Assembly (NCBI GenBank): GCA_038087875.1
Contig: CM075988.1
Span: forward strand, 22,694,001-22,758,000
DNA: 64,000 bases
Origin: Malacoraja senta
Taxonomy: Eukaryota
Reading direction: 5' to 3'
Below, piece by piece: positions 37,530 through 49,870 of this stretch (position 1 is its first letter; every line of letters begins with the position of its first letter). Both the position numbers and the translations under genes were made by a program. Under the pieces are notes generated by a model that had not been told where the DNA came from, did not search any database, and saw nothing but the letters and a program-made list of their open reading frames with translations.

Positions 37530-39043
37530 TTGTATTGTATTGTATATCTTTATTGTCATTTCCTGAGTATTCGCATACCCAGAGGAAACAAAAAAACGTT
37601 CCTCAACCAGTGTCCATTCCAGTGTGCAGTAAAAAATAAATAGAAGCGAAAATACATATATCATGAACAAATTAACACTCTACTAAACATCAACAGGCGT
37701 TCCGATCGGCAGCGGCACGACAGTGGCTCTGCTGCAGTGTGTCCAGGTTGGTGGTTGGTGCACGATACTTTGGCAGGGGACAAAGTCCGTTTATCAGTCT
37801 TATAACCTGCGGGAAGAAGCTGAGGAGCATCCTGCTGGTTTTGCACCTAATGCTCCGGTACCTCTTCCCAGATGGCAGGATGGAGAATATGTGATGCGAT
37901 GGGTGGTAGGGGTCTTTGATGATGGAGATGGCTCTGCTGATACATCTCTTCCTGTATATGTCCAGCAGGAAAGGGAGTGGAGCACCAATAATCCTGCTGG
38001 CGGTCTTCACAATCCTGTCTAGTTGGTGCCGTTCGTACGCCTTGCAGCTCCCGAACCAGGAAGTGATGCCGTAGGTTAATGTGCTCTCGATTGTCCCCCT
38101 ATAAAAAGTTCGTAGGTGTGTAGTGGGGAGACCTGCTTTACGTAGTCTTCGGAGAGGGTGTAGTCGCTGCTGGGCTCTCTTGACCAGTGCTGTGGTGTTG
38201 GTCGTGGACGTCAGGTCATCTGACAGGTGGAGTCCTAGGAACTTCACGCTGTTGACCCTTTCCACATCAGCTCCATCGATGTGCAGAGGTGTATAGTGTT
38301 GTTTTCCCGCCCTCCTGAAGTCAACCACCATCTCCTTAGTTTTTCCCACATTGAGAATGAGGTTGTGGGATTTGCACCATCCTGTGAGCAGCTCCACCTC
38401 CATCCTGTACGCCGACTCATCATTGTCACTGATGAGACCCACCACTGTTGTGTCATCAGCGAACTTGTTGATGAAGTTGTTGTTGAGTCTAGCAGTACAG
38501 TCGTGTGTTAGCAGACTAAACAGCAGGGGGCTTAGGACACAGCCTTGGGGCGAGCCAGTGCTCACGGCTATGGTTTTTGATGTCCTACTGCCCACCCTGA
38601 CTGTCTGCTGCCGTTGCGATAGAAAGTTCAGGACCCAGTTACATGTGCCAGCATCAACCCCCAATAGCTCCAACTTCTCCACCAGCTGCTGCGGAATGAT
38701 TGTATTAAAAGCAGAGCTGAAGTCTATGAAGAGGATCCTGGCATAAGTATTTTTCCGATCAAGGTGTGACAGTACGAGGTTCAGTGTTGTTGAGACTGCG
38801 TCCTCTGTGGATCGGTTGGCTCTGTAGGCGAACTGCAGTGGGTCTAGGTCAGCAGGTAGACTATTTTTGATATGCTGCATAACCAGTCGCTCAAAACACT
38901 TCATTACTATGGGTGTTAGAGCCACTGGTCGAAAGTCATTATGGCAGGCTGGGTTTGGTTTCTTCGGGACAGGGACGATGGTGGCACTCTTAAGACAGTT
39001 GGGCACTACTGCCTGGCTGAGTGAGATGTTAAAAATGTCTGTG
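37530..39043 (-). mobile_element. 5'-truncated Rex1/Babar-type LINE, young
   Basis: Long intact RT ORF, then a 3' UTR with AATAAA and a (TACAA)n tail. Confidence 0.92.
37690..39042 (-). CDS. LINE reverse transcriptase ORF, uninterrupted but N-terminally truncated (no endonuclease)
   Basis: About 450 codons with [45 protein letters not shown] and KFLG. Confidence 0.85.
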   Translation of the reverse strand, partial: TDIFNISLSQAVVPNCLKSATIVPVPKKPNPACHNDFRPVALTPIVMKCFERLVMQHIKNSLPADLDPLQFAYRANRSTEDAVSTTLNLVLSHLDRKNTYARILFIDFSSAFNTIIPQQLVEKLELLGVDAGTCNWVLNFLSQRQQTVRVGSRTSKTIAVSTGSPQGCVLSPLLFSLLTHDCTARLNNNFINKFADDTTVVGLISDNDESAYRMEVELLTGWCKSHNLILNVGKTKEMVVDFRRAGKQHYTPLHIDGADVERVNSVKFLGLHLSDDLTSTTNTTALVKRAQQRLHPLRRLRKAGLPTTHLRTFYRGTIESTLTYGITSWFGSCKAYERHQLDRIVKTASRIIGAPLPFLLDIYRKRCISRAISIIKDPYHPSHHIFSILPSGKRYRSIRCKTSRMLLSFFPQVIRLINGLCPLPKYRAPTTNLDTLQQSHCRAAADRNAC

Positions 39044-39114
39044 ATTCCAAAATAGTAGTCTTTGCAGTATTGAATTTGATCAGCAGTATGTATTTGTAAT
39101 TGTTAATGCCTAAC

Positions 39115-39230
39115 AGAATTAGGTAATTCTGCCCATAAAGTCTACTCCGCCATTCAATCATGGCTGATCTATCTCTCCCTCCTAACCCCATTCTCCTGCC
39201 TTCACCCCATAACCCCTGACACCCATACTA
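39115..39230 (-). mobile_element. CR1 LINE 3' end
   Basis: CTACTCCGCCATTCAATCATGGCTGATCTATC...CCCATTCTCCTGCCTTC. Confidence 0.75.
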
Positions 39231-39439
39231 ACCCGTACGAGCTGGTGTTTTTTGACAATTTGTAGCATGAACACTGAGGTGTGCTAAGATGCTAATTACA
39301 ATTCTATAACTGAAAGTTATCACTGAGTACTATTTTGGAATTATGACATGAAGAAATAGCCTGTTAATTTGGTGCAAATGTAGTACTGGAATATTTTCTA
39401 GCGGAAGTTGAATTACATTTTGTTGAGTTATCACCCTGT

Positions 39440-39600
39440 ATTTGATGTCACCATGTTGCTATAATGTTTTATGTGTTATTCTTAATTGTTACTGTATGTC
39501 ATGTTGTTACATGCGAGCGGAGCACCAAGGCAAATTCCTTGTATGTGTACATACTTGGCTAATAAACTTACTCATATCTCATATCATATCATATCTCATA
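39440..39600 (+). mobile_element. Rex/Babar-like 3' tail with (ATATC)n
   Basis: GGCAAATTCCTTGTATGTGTACATACTTGGCTAATAAA followed by a short tandem tail. Confidence 0.55.
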
Positions 39601-39974
39601 GCTCTCAATATGGAAAATCATCTATTCAAAATACTACATTTCCATAATTAATGGACAAAAACATTCATGAAGGTGACACATTTTTGAAGACATATTGCTA
39701 TAAATGGAGATTTCTGAAAATTGGATGTTTAATATGTGTTTTGGTTCTCAGAATAATCTTTCGAATTTACCTATAAAATATGTCAGATTAAAAAAATATT
39801 CTTTGTTACAGGGTTTTCTATGTTGTCCTTGTTTAAGATGAATGCTAGATTCTTTTTTGCTTAAAGTGCTGCTCTTGCTCATCTGTCACATAGTTATATA
39901 AGAAGGTTTACAAAGGAACCTTTCAGTTGGCAAAATAATTTAATAGTGTGACTGAAATGAAAAGAGATGCATTT

Positions 39975-40655
39975 TGTTTAGTTTAGTTTAAAGATACGGC
40001 ATGGGAACAGACCATCGAGTCCATGTTGACCGACAATCATCCCTTACACTAATTCTATCCGATTCACTGGGTCAATTACAGAATCTGCACGCCTTTAAGG
40101 GCCTGTCCCACTAGGCGATTTTTTAGGCGACTGTCATAGTCGTAGCAGGTCGCCGAAAAACCGGCGACTGGACTAATGGGCCTGTCCCACTCAGGCGATT
40201 TTATAGGCGACTGCCGGCGACCACGACAATGAAATTCACCAAAGTCAGCAGCGGCGACAACCTACGCCATCCTGGCGACAACCTACGACAGCACCTACAT
40301 CAGGAGAAGACTAGCTACGACAAGCCCACGGTTGCCGACTGTTGCCGAAAAGTTTTGAACATTTGAAAATCCAGCGGCGACCAGAAAAACGCTACAACTC
40401 TTTAGGCGACTGAAGACTACTCACGACTGTGCAGGCGACACCCCGGCGACCGTATGGCGACAGCCTAGTCGCCGGCAGTCTCCTTAAAAATCGCCTAAGT
40501 GGGACAGGCCCTTTAGAATGTGGGAGGCAACCAGAGCACCCAGAAAAAAACTCACATGATCACAGGGAGAACCTGCAATCTCCATACAGACAGGATCCTG
40601 TAGTCAGGATCGAACTGTGTCTCTGAACCTATAAGGCAGCAACTCTGCCACTGTG
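39975..40655 (-). mobile_element. tRNA-SINE interrupted by a Harbinger MITE
   Basis: (TTTAG)n tail at the left; GTCAGGATCGAAC and GGCAGCAACTCT head at the right. Confidence 0.8.
40098..40512. mobile_element. PIF/Harbinger-type MITE with a second internal left end
   Basis: TTA|AGGGCCTGTCCCACT...AGTGGGACAGGCCCT|TTA; a second TIR at about 40178; GGCGAC repeats. Confidence 0.85.
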
Positions 40656-41130
40656 ACCTTTTGTTTTTAAATGATGACATGTTGAAACAATTCCAAGGGG
40701 TATATTGAAAATTATGAGTTGCACATTGAGATGGCAGGAATTATTGGAATAGACGCATTTTAAACAAAAAATTTAGGAAATTGGCAGTTGATTGTTTTTC
40801 CAGATGTTTAATTAGTGCTTTGAAAAAGATATGAACGTAACACGTTATGTTGGATTAAGAGTTTTCTTTTGTTTTTTTGTTCTTACGGGTGTTTTTTGCA
40901 GCATGCAAATCAGCATTGAGGGAAAGAGAAAGTGAAGCTTTTTCAGATTTTTGTTATTTTGCAAAAAACATCCCATCAAAATGTCAGAGCACTACAGAAG
41001 CTGAATCAAAAATAGAGAATATTGGGCACCCCACTCCAAAATGTTCTCTTTTTTTCCCACTGAACATGCTAAACCTATGTTAGAATTAATAGATAGACAG
41101 AAAAACAGATCTTCAATTCGAGGGATCTGA

Positions 41131-41310
41131 TGGACTTGTCCCACTTAGGCGACTTTTTAGGCGACTGCAGGAGACTATGCAGTCACCACATGGTTGCCAC
41201 ATGTTCGCGGGTTGTTGCCGGGGAGTCGCCTTCATGGTCGTGAGGAGTTCCAGCATTCTGGGAACTAGTCGCAGCCTCATTATGGTTGCCGTGAATTTTT
41301 CAACATGATG
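41131..41310. mobile_element. Partial Harbinger-type MITE (one TIR)
   Basis: GGACTTGTCCCACTTAGGCGACTTTTTAGGCGACTG resembles the 40098 terminus. Confidence 0.7.
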
Positions 41311-41376
41311 TTTATTTAGATCTTTATCCTTCACTTTTTGCTTATTTTTGTTGAGAGTACACCTGATAACCATGTA

Positions 41377-43001
41377 CAGTGAGTGCACTCCATAATATTT
41401 GGGACAAAGATCCATCATTTATTTATTTGCCTCTGTACTCCACAATTTGAGATTTGTAATAGAAAAAATCACACGTGGTTGAAGTGCACATTGTCAGATT
41501 TTATCAAAGGGTATTTTTATACATTTTGCTTTCACCATGTAGAAATTACAGCTGTGTTTATACATAGTCCCCCCCCATTTCAGGGCATCATAATGTTTGG
41601 GACACATGGCTTCACAGGTGTTTGTAATTGCTCAGGTGTGTTTAAATGCCTCCTTAATGCAGGTTTCAGAGAGCTCTCAGCACCTAGTCTTTCCTCCAGT
41701 CTTTCCATCACCTTTGGAAACTTTTATTGCTGTTTATCAACATGAGGACCAAAGTTGTGTCAATGAAAGTCAAAGAAGCCATTATGAGACTGAGAAACAA
41801 GAATAAAACTGTTAGAGACATCAGCCAAACCTTAGATTTACCAAAATCAACGGTTTGGAACATCATTAAGAAGAAAGAGAGCACTGGTGAGCTTGTTAGT
41901 CGCAAAGGGACTGGCATGCCAAGGAAGACCTCCACAACTGATGACAGAAGAATTCTCTCTTTAATAAAGAAAAATCCCCAAACACCTGGCCGACAGATTA
42001 GAAACACACTTCAGGACTCAGATGTGCATTTGTCAATGACCACTGTCCGCAGAAGACTTCATGAACAGAAATACAGAGGCTGCACTGCAAGATGCAAACT
42101 ACTGGTTAGCCGCAAAAATAGGATGACCACATTACAGTTTGCCAAGAAGTACTTAAAAGAGCGACCACAGCTCTGGAAAAAGATCTTGTAGACAGATGAG
42201 ACGAAGATGAACTTACATCAGAGTGATGGCAAGAGCAAAGTATGGAGGAGAGAAGGAACTGCCCAAGATCCAAAGCATACCACCTCATCTGTGAAACATG
42301 GTGGTGGGGGTATTATGGTCTGGGCATGTATGACTGCTGAAGGTACTGGCTCACTTATCTTCATTGATGATACAACTGCTGATGGTGGTAGCATAATGAA
42401 TTCTGAAGTGTATAGACACATCCTATCTGCTCAAGTTCAAACAAATGCTTCAAAACTCATTGGCCAGCGGTTCATTCTGCAGCAAGACAATGATCCAAAA
42501 CATACTGCTAAAGCAACAAAGGAGTTTTTCAAAGCTAAAAAATGGTAAATTCTTGAGTAGCCAAGTCAATCACCCGATCTGAACCCAATTGAGCATGTCT
42601 TTTATATGCTGAAGAGAAGACTGAAGGGTACTAGCCCCCAAGCATAAGCTAAAGATGGCTGCAATACAGGCCTGGCAGAGCATCACCAGAGAAGACACTC
42701 GGCAACTGGTGATGTCCATGAATCGCAGACTTCAAGCAGTCATTGCATGCAAAGGATATGCAACAAAATACTAAACACAACTACTTCCATTTACATGACA
42801 TTGCTGTGTCCCAAACATTACGATGCCCTGAAAAGGGGGGACAAAAACCCCTAAAATGTATAAAAATGGCCTTTATTAAAATCTGACAACGTGCGCTTTA
42901 ACCACATGTGATTTATTTTCTATTACAAATCTCAAATTGTGGAGTACAGAGGCAAATAAGTAAATGACGGGTCTTTGTCCCAAACATTATGGAGGGCACT
43001 G
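41377..43001 (+). mobile_element. Full-length Tc1 transposon (IR/DR type), defective
   Basis: TA|CAGTG(AGTG)CACTCCATAAT...ATTATGGAGGGCACTG with IRs of about 200 bp containing inner CATAATGTTTGGGACA repeats. Confidence 0.93.
41742..42774 (+). pseudogene. Tc1 transposase with in-frame stops
   Basis: KSTVWNIIKK, TDETK, VKHGGGGIMVW, LQQDNDPKH and SPDLNPIE; stops at about 42189, 42546 and 42558. Confidence 0.92.
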
Positions 43002-43194
43002 TGATAAATGTAATTTTTCCAATCCCTAATTATTAAATTTGATTTGACAATGTTTCTATTAAACAACATGTTAAGTCAGATTGCGCTATGTTAAACACAC
43101 TATATAAACAGTTTATCATTGCAGTTAATGAGTTGCAGTTTCCTCCATCTAAATTTGGGAACATAGAAGCTATGATCCTTGGTGTGAAATGGAC

Positions 43195-43320
43195 CGCCAA
43201 TGGTTAGGGTCGGGACTCTTTTACCAGGTCTGTCTTAAGGAAGAGTCCCGACCTGAAACGTTGTCTGATAATTTCCCTCTGCAGATTCTGCCTGACTCAT
43301 TGAGTTCTTCCAGCAGTTTG
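43195..43320. mobile_element. Degraded Penelope-like end with a short inverted arm
   Basis: GGTCGGGACTCTT...AAGAGTCCCGACC followed by TGAAACGTTG. Confidence 0.6.
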
Positions 43321-44494
43321 ATTTTGTTTAAGATTCTAAAATTGATCCGTGAGGATCGTATAATTAGTTTTGCTGACAAATATTTTCCATGCTATATTTT
43401 AACCGAAAAATTAATTTATAGTCTTTGAAGGGTAGATGGAACTGCCATACATCTGGTTAATGATATATACAAACATGGCTCTGCACTGCACATCACATAA
43501 AACAGTTTAATAATATCTAGAAATTCAACTAAACCTAGGATTGACCATCTCATAAATCAGTGCGCTTAACTCTGAAACTATGACGCAAAATAGTGTATTC
43601 TTGGAACTTTACAGATGTAGAACAAACAGGGACAATGCAGACTGCAGAAATTTAATATCCCATTTCCTCTACTTGTTTTATTTCTTTAAACAACAGCTTC
43701 GATTTTCTTAGTAATTTCAATCTAGCATTTTAACATTCACAACAATATTTAGTTTACATCAATTTAGGCATGCTAACAATTTAAATTTTAAACTTTACTG
43801 TAATAACACTTGAGAATATAACCACAATATAGAGTACAGGTAATTCCGCTGTAATGTGTGTTTCCATAACATAAATTAGATACAACGCAAGTGACGAATT
43901 TTAGAAGATTTTTTTGCAATACGCAAGCCAAATTAGTTATAACACAATTTTGATCAGGAAGTATAGACTCATTTAAAAATTACTTTTGAAATTGACAAGC
44001 AGAAAACAAAAGCTGTCTTGCAAAACAAAACAAAGTTGGAAGAAAAAACTCTTTGCATGTAACTTTCCCGCAATAATCAGACATTACCTTTTTTCGGTTT
44101 TAGAAATTATTAAGCAATAATTAAAAAAAAAATTGACAGATAACCCCATTTTATTAATTAGGTCACAACTAAGATTTTAAATTTAACTTTAGTGTCGTTG
44201 TTTTGGTTTTTTTAAATCATTGTTTTGTATTGTTGAGTAGCATAGGGTAAGTGAACTAAACGTGTGTAAATCTATCAAACTGAATGGTATGATTATATTC
44301 TGGATTAATTGTTTTTAAATTTGCTGTTCTTTAAAAACAGACCAGATTTTCAAGTCTTTTAAAGTAGTTGTAACATTCAGTCACTGCCCTGATTTGCTCT
44401 TTTTTTGTGATCCTTTTTTATTTGATTATAAGAACAAACTATGAAGCTATGATCACACACAAGAAGTCAAACTATGATCATGTTAACTAAGAAC

Positions 44495-44950
44495 ATGTGA
44501 TGAGCTTTTGACAGCTCTGAGCCTGTACTCGATGAAGTTTAGAAGGGTGAGGGGGATCGCGTTGAAACTTACCAAATAATGAAAGACCTGGATAGAGTGG
44601 GTGTGGATGCTTCAAAACACATAGGATGTTTCCACTAGTGGGAGGGTCTAGGACCAGAGGGCACAGCCTCAGAATAAAAAGATGTATCTTTAGAAAGATG
44701 AGGAGGAATTTTGTTAGCAAGACGGTGGTGAATCTGTGGAATGCATTGCCACAAACGGCTGTGGAGGCCAAGGCTTTGCGTATTTTTAAAGTGAAAATTG
44801 AAAGGTTCTTGATTAGTTAGGGTATCAAAGGTTACGGGGCGAAGGCAGGAGAATGGGGTTGAGAAGGAAAGATAGATCAGCCATGATTGAATGGTGGAGT
44901 AGACTCTATGGGTCTTAGGGCCTGGTTCTGATTCTATATATTATAAATTT
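44495..44950 (+). mobile_element. CR1 LINE 3' fragment
   Basis: MFPLVGGSRTRGHSLRIK..VVNLWNALP. Confidence 0.88.
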
Positions 44951-46119
44951 ATGAACTGAGAAGCAATGTTAATGCACCTTGGAGATCAAGGCCTACTTGA
45001 TGTTTTAGTATTGGGTCTCCAGTGGTTTTCAAATTTTTTTGTAAAGTTTGTGAATGAGCACGATTTCTTCAGCTAAGCTGATTGTAGTCAGTATCAAATT
45101 TTGAGAGAATTAGAAGAATAGTTCTTGAAAGTCTGAGCTGGAGAATGTTTAATATTTAAAAAGTTGTACATTCCTTCTTCAACTTTTTTCATATTGCGCT
45201 TGTTCAGGCATATATCATATTCTATCGCACTCCTGACTTGCACTGTCTGGGTGATCGGGAAGCACTAGGTGTGCATATCATAGAATTTACAACCTGCAAT
45301 GTCCTTTACTGGACAAAATATGGTGGCTTGAACAGTTAAATATTTGGTCATTAATGCTTATGTTTTTTGATGTGTGGAGCTGCGTATGTGAAGTGGGCTG
45401 CTAGCACTTGCTCCCCATCCTTCTGCTTAATTTGCAAAAAGATTTGTAAAAGCCAATTTATTTTTTGCTTCATTACATTCTAATCATGAGAATATTTTTA
45501 TGATTTATATCTCTGCCCTAATGCTAAATGCTCTTTCCATTTTCACCATAACCCCATCATGGATCATCAGTGACAATTTTAGTGTCACTAAGAAACCGTT
45601 TCAAGAATTGTTCTCCTTTTGCCTTTTGTTTCAATCAGATGGTTGATTTGACAATGGCATTGTCTTCCCAGCAGCTGAGAAACTCGTATTACTCAGGAGT
45701 TTAGCTGACAATTTGACGTGATGTGCAAAACTGCGATACTTTTTAAAGCTGTGGGGATCATCGTTTTTTGTGTTCCATGCTGCTGGTGGCAGGGAGATGA
45801 AATCATGAATAACAATTTGTGAGTAAGGAGATATGAGTGTGTACATTGACATATTAATGTCCCGCCTGAACGTCCAGGTGCAGAAACCTGGCAAATAATC
45901 GACATACTTCACTAAAATTGTTTTATTTAAAAGTATTATACTTTGGTATACTTTAATTTATTATTAATATAAAGTATAAACATTCTGTAGGCTGCTCTCT
46001 TCATATGTTTCACAATGCTTTTGCTGGATCAGCATAGTGATGTGGGAACCCTACAAATTCTTCTGTTTTCTATATGTTTAACAAATTTATCATTATCAGT
46101 TTATAAATGATTTTTTTTT

Positions 46120-46236
46120 CCTTGTTTGTTTACTGTAGTATCTATTGAGAAATGTGTTTCTAAACCTGCTCTGCTGCTGTTGTAAGTAAGAATTTGTTCT
46201 GTTTCGGGACATATGACAATAAAACACTCTTGACTC
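46120..46236 (+). mobile_element. Rex/Babar 3' tail
   Basis: TAAGTAAGAATTT..GGACATATGACAATAAAACACTCTTGACTC, similar to 3715-3769 plus 5813-5838. Confidence 0.65.
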
Positions 46237-46837
46237 TTTTTCCAAAGTTTGATATGGCTGAAAAGAGTCACATGAGTGTTCGTGTGAAAAATGGAAAACC
46301 CAGTTGAAGTTACTTCTCTTCCACTCATGTCATTGTTTCTAAATTGGTTAGATCTAGGGCAGCTATAATTATACAGCCATAAGATATTCAAATCATTTGT
46401 GAGCATTGTTAAACAAAGATTTTTTTTTTTTTTTTAAAGCCTCATCTATAACATATACATGGCAAATAGAGTATGATGATGATGCAGTGCTTTACATGCT
46501 AATCTGCAAAATAGTAATATATTTTCCCAGAAATGTATCAATCTTTTGATCTCAAGGTCTATCATAAACAAAGGTAAAATTCTATTTTTTTCATGGACTT
46601 TGGAAACAATAGTCATGCCAATAAGTGGACTGGCCAGTAATTATGGAAACTGGGATTATCTGCAGCATTCACGGTAATTGAAGCAGCTTTAATCTCTTTT
46701 AATAGTATTGTATAACAGAAATAATGTTCTTTCAATTAGATAACAGCTACATTGGTGTTGTGATCAGATCTTGCTGTGTGCTGTTATCGGAATATATGAA
46801 TATGCATGATGCATCAATTGAACAATTATTATTACTA

Positions 46838-47335
46838 TTGCTATTGAGGGAGTGCAGCGTAGCTTTACAAGGTTAATTCCCGGGATGGCGGGACTGTCAT
46901 TTGCTGAGAGAATGGAGCAGCTGGGGTTGTATACTCTGGAATTTAGAAGGATGAGAGGGGATCTTATTGAAACATATAAGATTATTAAGGGTTTGGACCA
47001 CAAGAGGCAGGAAACATGTTCCCGATGTTGGGCGAGTCCAGAACCAGGGACCACAGTTTAAGAATAAGGGTAAGCCATTAGAACGGAGATGAGGAAACAC
47101 TTTTTCACACAGAGTTGTGAGTCTGTGGAACTCTCTGCCTCAGAGGGCAGTGGAGGCCGGTTCTCTGGACACTTTCAAGGGAGAGCTAGATTGGGCTTTT
47201 AAAGATAGTGGAGTCAGGGGATATGGGGAGAAGGCAGGAACGGGGTACTGATTGGGGATGATCAGCCATGATCACATTGAATGGCGGTGCTGGCTCGAAG
47301 GGCCGAATGGCCTACTCTGCACCTATTGTCTATTA
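46838..47335 (+). mobile_element. CR1 (HER1-like) LINE 3' fragment
   Basis: Close paralogue of 14859-15347; QRSFTRLIPGM..RRMRGDLIETYKI. Confidence 0.9.
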
Positions 47336-47939
47336 GACTGGAATTATCTTTTTTACTTCTTAACCAATAACAATGGATTTTGCTTGGAAAAAAGAGTATT
47401 AATGAGCCATTCTTATGTCTTCCTAAATATACACAAAGTGTCGCATATTTGTCATTGAATGTAGTTTGATTGTGTAGTTACACCCATCACAACGTTTATC
47501 AATCTTATATCTGCTTAGCCTTGTTTTTCTATTTGTCTTTTGAATTAAAGGTTACGGCTTCAAGTTTCACTTTGGAAACTTGAGCACCATAATTCAGGTT
47601 AACATTTGAACTTTGTTCTTGATGTCTTTTCAAAGGGCTGGCTTTTCAACTGAGGTTTATTCCTCTCTTGGTGCATGGAAAAGATATGTTTGTCATTTCA
47701 ATAACAACTTTTATATTAAAAAACAAATTGCCAAAGGAACTCAACAGATCGAGGTTTTGTATTGAGAATCTGTATCATGTGGAGAGATACCAGCATATGC
47801 AGACTTTTGTGTCTCTTATTTGTATTGCATCAGTAATAAAGCAAAGCCACAGAAATGTGTGAGCCACATTATTCCATCAGCTTAGAAAAGCAAGAGATTT
47901 TAAGCAGTGACTTAGAGATAGAAGTTCAGAAAGGATGCT

Positions 47940-48425
47940 CTAAAGTACAGAGATTAGTGGACTCTGCCCGGTCCATCACCGGTAGTGTGAATCTGGTAGT
48001 GTGGGAATTCAGGCGTCTGTACCTCCTGCCTGATTGTAGCCGTGAGAAGAGGGCATGCATCAGATGGATATAGCCACTTTGAGGCGTTGCCTCATGCAGA
48101 TGCTTTTGATGGTAGGGAGGGCTGTGCCCATGATGGACTGGGGAGAGTCCACCAATCTCTGCAGTCTGTGTTTCCTGTACATTACCGTTACCGACACGAT
48201 GCAACCAGTCAGGATACTATTCATAGTACGTTGGAGAACTTTATTAGACATGCCAAATCTCTTTAAACTTCTAAGAAAGAAGAGGTGCTTGCAGGCCTTC
48301 ATCATGACATCTACCTGCTGAGCCTAGAACTGATCATATGAGATGTTAACTTCCAAGAATTTGAAACTGCTAACTGTACCACTGACCCACCAATGAAACT
48401 TGTGCATGGTATCCCGATCTTCTCT
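47940..48425 (-). mobile_element. Degenerate Rex/Babar LINE fragment
   Basis: HLFFLRSLKRFGMS and FSRLQSGRRYRRL. Confidence 0.75.
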
Positions 48426-48432
48426 TTCTGTT

Positions 48433-48652
48433 CATAGAAAAATAGGTGCAGGAGTAAGCCATTCGGCCCTTCGAGCCAGCACCGCTGATCATGGCTGATA
48501 ATCTAAAATCAGTACCCCGCTCCTGCTTTTAACCCATATCCCTTGACCCCTTTAGCCCTAAGAGCTAAATCTAACTCTTGAAAACATCCAGTGAATTGAC
48601 CTCCGCTGCCTTCTGTGGCAGAGAATTCCACAGATTCACAACTCTCTGGGTG
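48433..48652 (-). mobile_element. CR1 LINE 3' end
   Basis: Near copy of 19304-19532. Confidence 0.88.
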
Positions 48653-48769
48653 ATATTTGTATATTTTAGCCTTATGTTCCTGGCGCTGTGATTTTGCAGA
48701 GTCGTAGAGTTTCTGACGGATAGTTGCCGCTTTTTATCTCTGTTCTGAAAACGAGCAACGTAATAAGTT

Positions 48770-48774
48770 AAAAA
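48770..48774 (-). terminator. Pol III T5 terminator of the tRNA gene
   Basis: TTTTT 2 nt downstream of the discriminator base on the minus strand. Confidence 0.7.
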
Positions 48775-48776
48775 TG

Positions 48777-48865
48777 AGGCTCGTCATGGGATTTGAACCC
48801 AGGACCTCTCGCATTTTTGCTATTTTAATCCCAAAACGCGAATCATACCCCTAGACCAACGAGCC
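48777..48865 (-). tRNA. tRNA-Pro(TGG) gene or pseudogene with a 16-nt intron-like insertion (48814-48829)
   Basis: GGCTCGTTGGTCTAGGGGTATGATTCGCGTTT-TGG-G [ATTAAAATAGCAAAAA] TGCGAGAGGTCCTGGGTTCAAATCCCATGACGAGCCT. The body matches vertebrate tRNA-Pro, with a perfect acceptor stem, intact A and B boxes and no encoded CCA. Confidence 0.88.
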
Positions 48866-49870
48866 CTTCAATAGATTAGTTCCTCTCTAGGTGTCTTGAA
48901 CTGTTGCATCGCAGTTGTGACAGTTTAATTTCTTATACTGGTCGTTCTCAATGTTAAAGGTAGTTTTGTGTAATCCAAGCAGGTTGTGTAATCAAAGCTG
49001 TAATCCAAGCAGGTAGAGACAGCTCGGGTCCATTTTGTTCAAATCTATTTGTAGTGGGTGGAGTTCAGAGACCTGTGCCTATTAGTCTGGGCAAAGCGGT
49101 GAATGAACTGTGTATTAATAATGCACTGTGGTACTTAGTTTCTGATTTATTTATGCTTGGGGAATAGATGATGAATGTGAGTAAGTTATGAAACTACAAT
49201 TAAATTGAACCACAAGATAATCTTTGAATGTATCATGAGTATCAGAATTTCAATATTGAATTAATTTGCTCATCTGCAAGAAGACATTTGTAATATATTA
49301 ATATTCATGACAGCATTTCTTCTATACATTTTTCTATCATAACCTCTGTCCATATTTATGTCTATATATGTCACAATGTAATCACATTATCTTACTGGTA
49401 ATGACATTCTAACACTTATGTTTGTCTCTCTTCGAATGGACCTTGATTGAAGCATATAATGGGTCTTGAACAAATTATATCTAGCTTTTCAAACCTTTAT
49501 TTGAAACTCTTTCCTCCAGGTCTGTAATGCCAAGGGAGATGAACTAGGTTTAGGTTAAGGTAGTTCCCTGTGACCATCAGGGATATGACCACTTTTGTTA
49601 TTGGCATTTTTTCTTCTTTGATAAGCAATTCAGAGAATCAAGCTCATAATACGAGCAAGCAAACATATGAATTTGGAGCAAGAATAGATCATTGGTCTCC
49701 ATTTAATAAGATTATATATAGTCTGATTGTTATTGCATTTCCATAACCTTTTAACCCCTTTGCCCATCAAGGTTTTGTCTATCTCTGTCGTACAAATATT
49801 CAGTCTATTTTCACTAGCTTTGAAGAAGAAATTACCAAAGAATCATGAGACCTTCTGAGAAGAAAATAAC

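Noticed and set aside
45631..45912. 93-aa minus-strand ORF
   Set aside because: No ATG start, no domain resemblance and no convincing splice sites.
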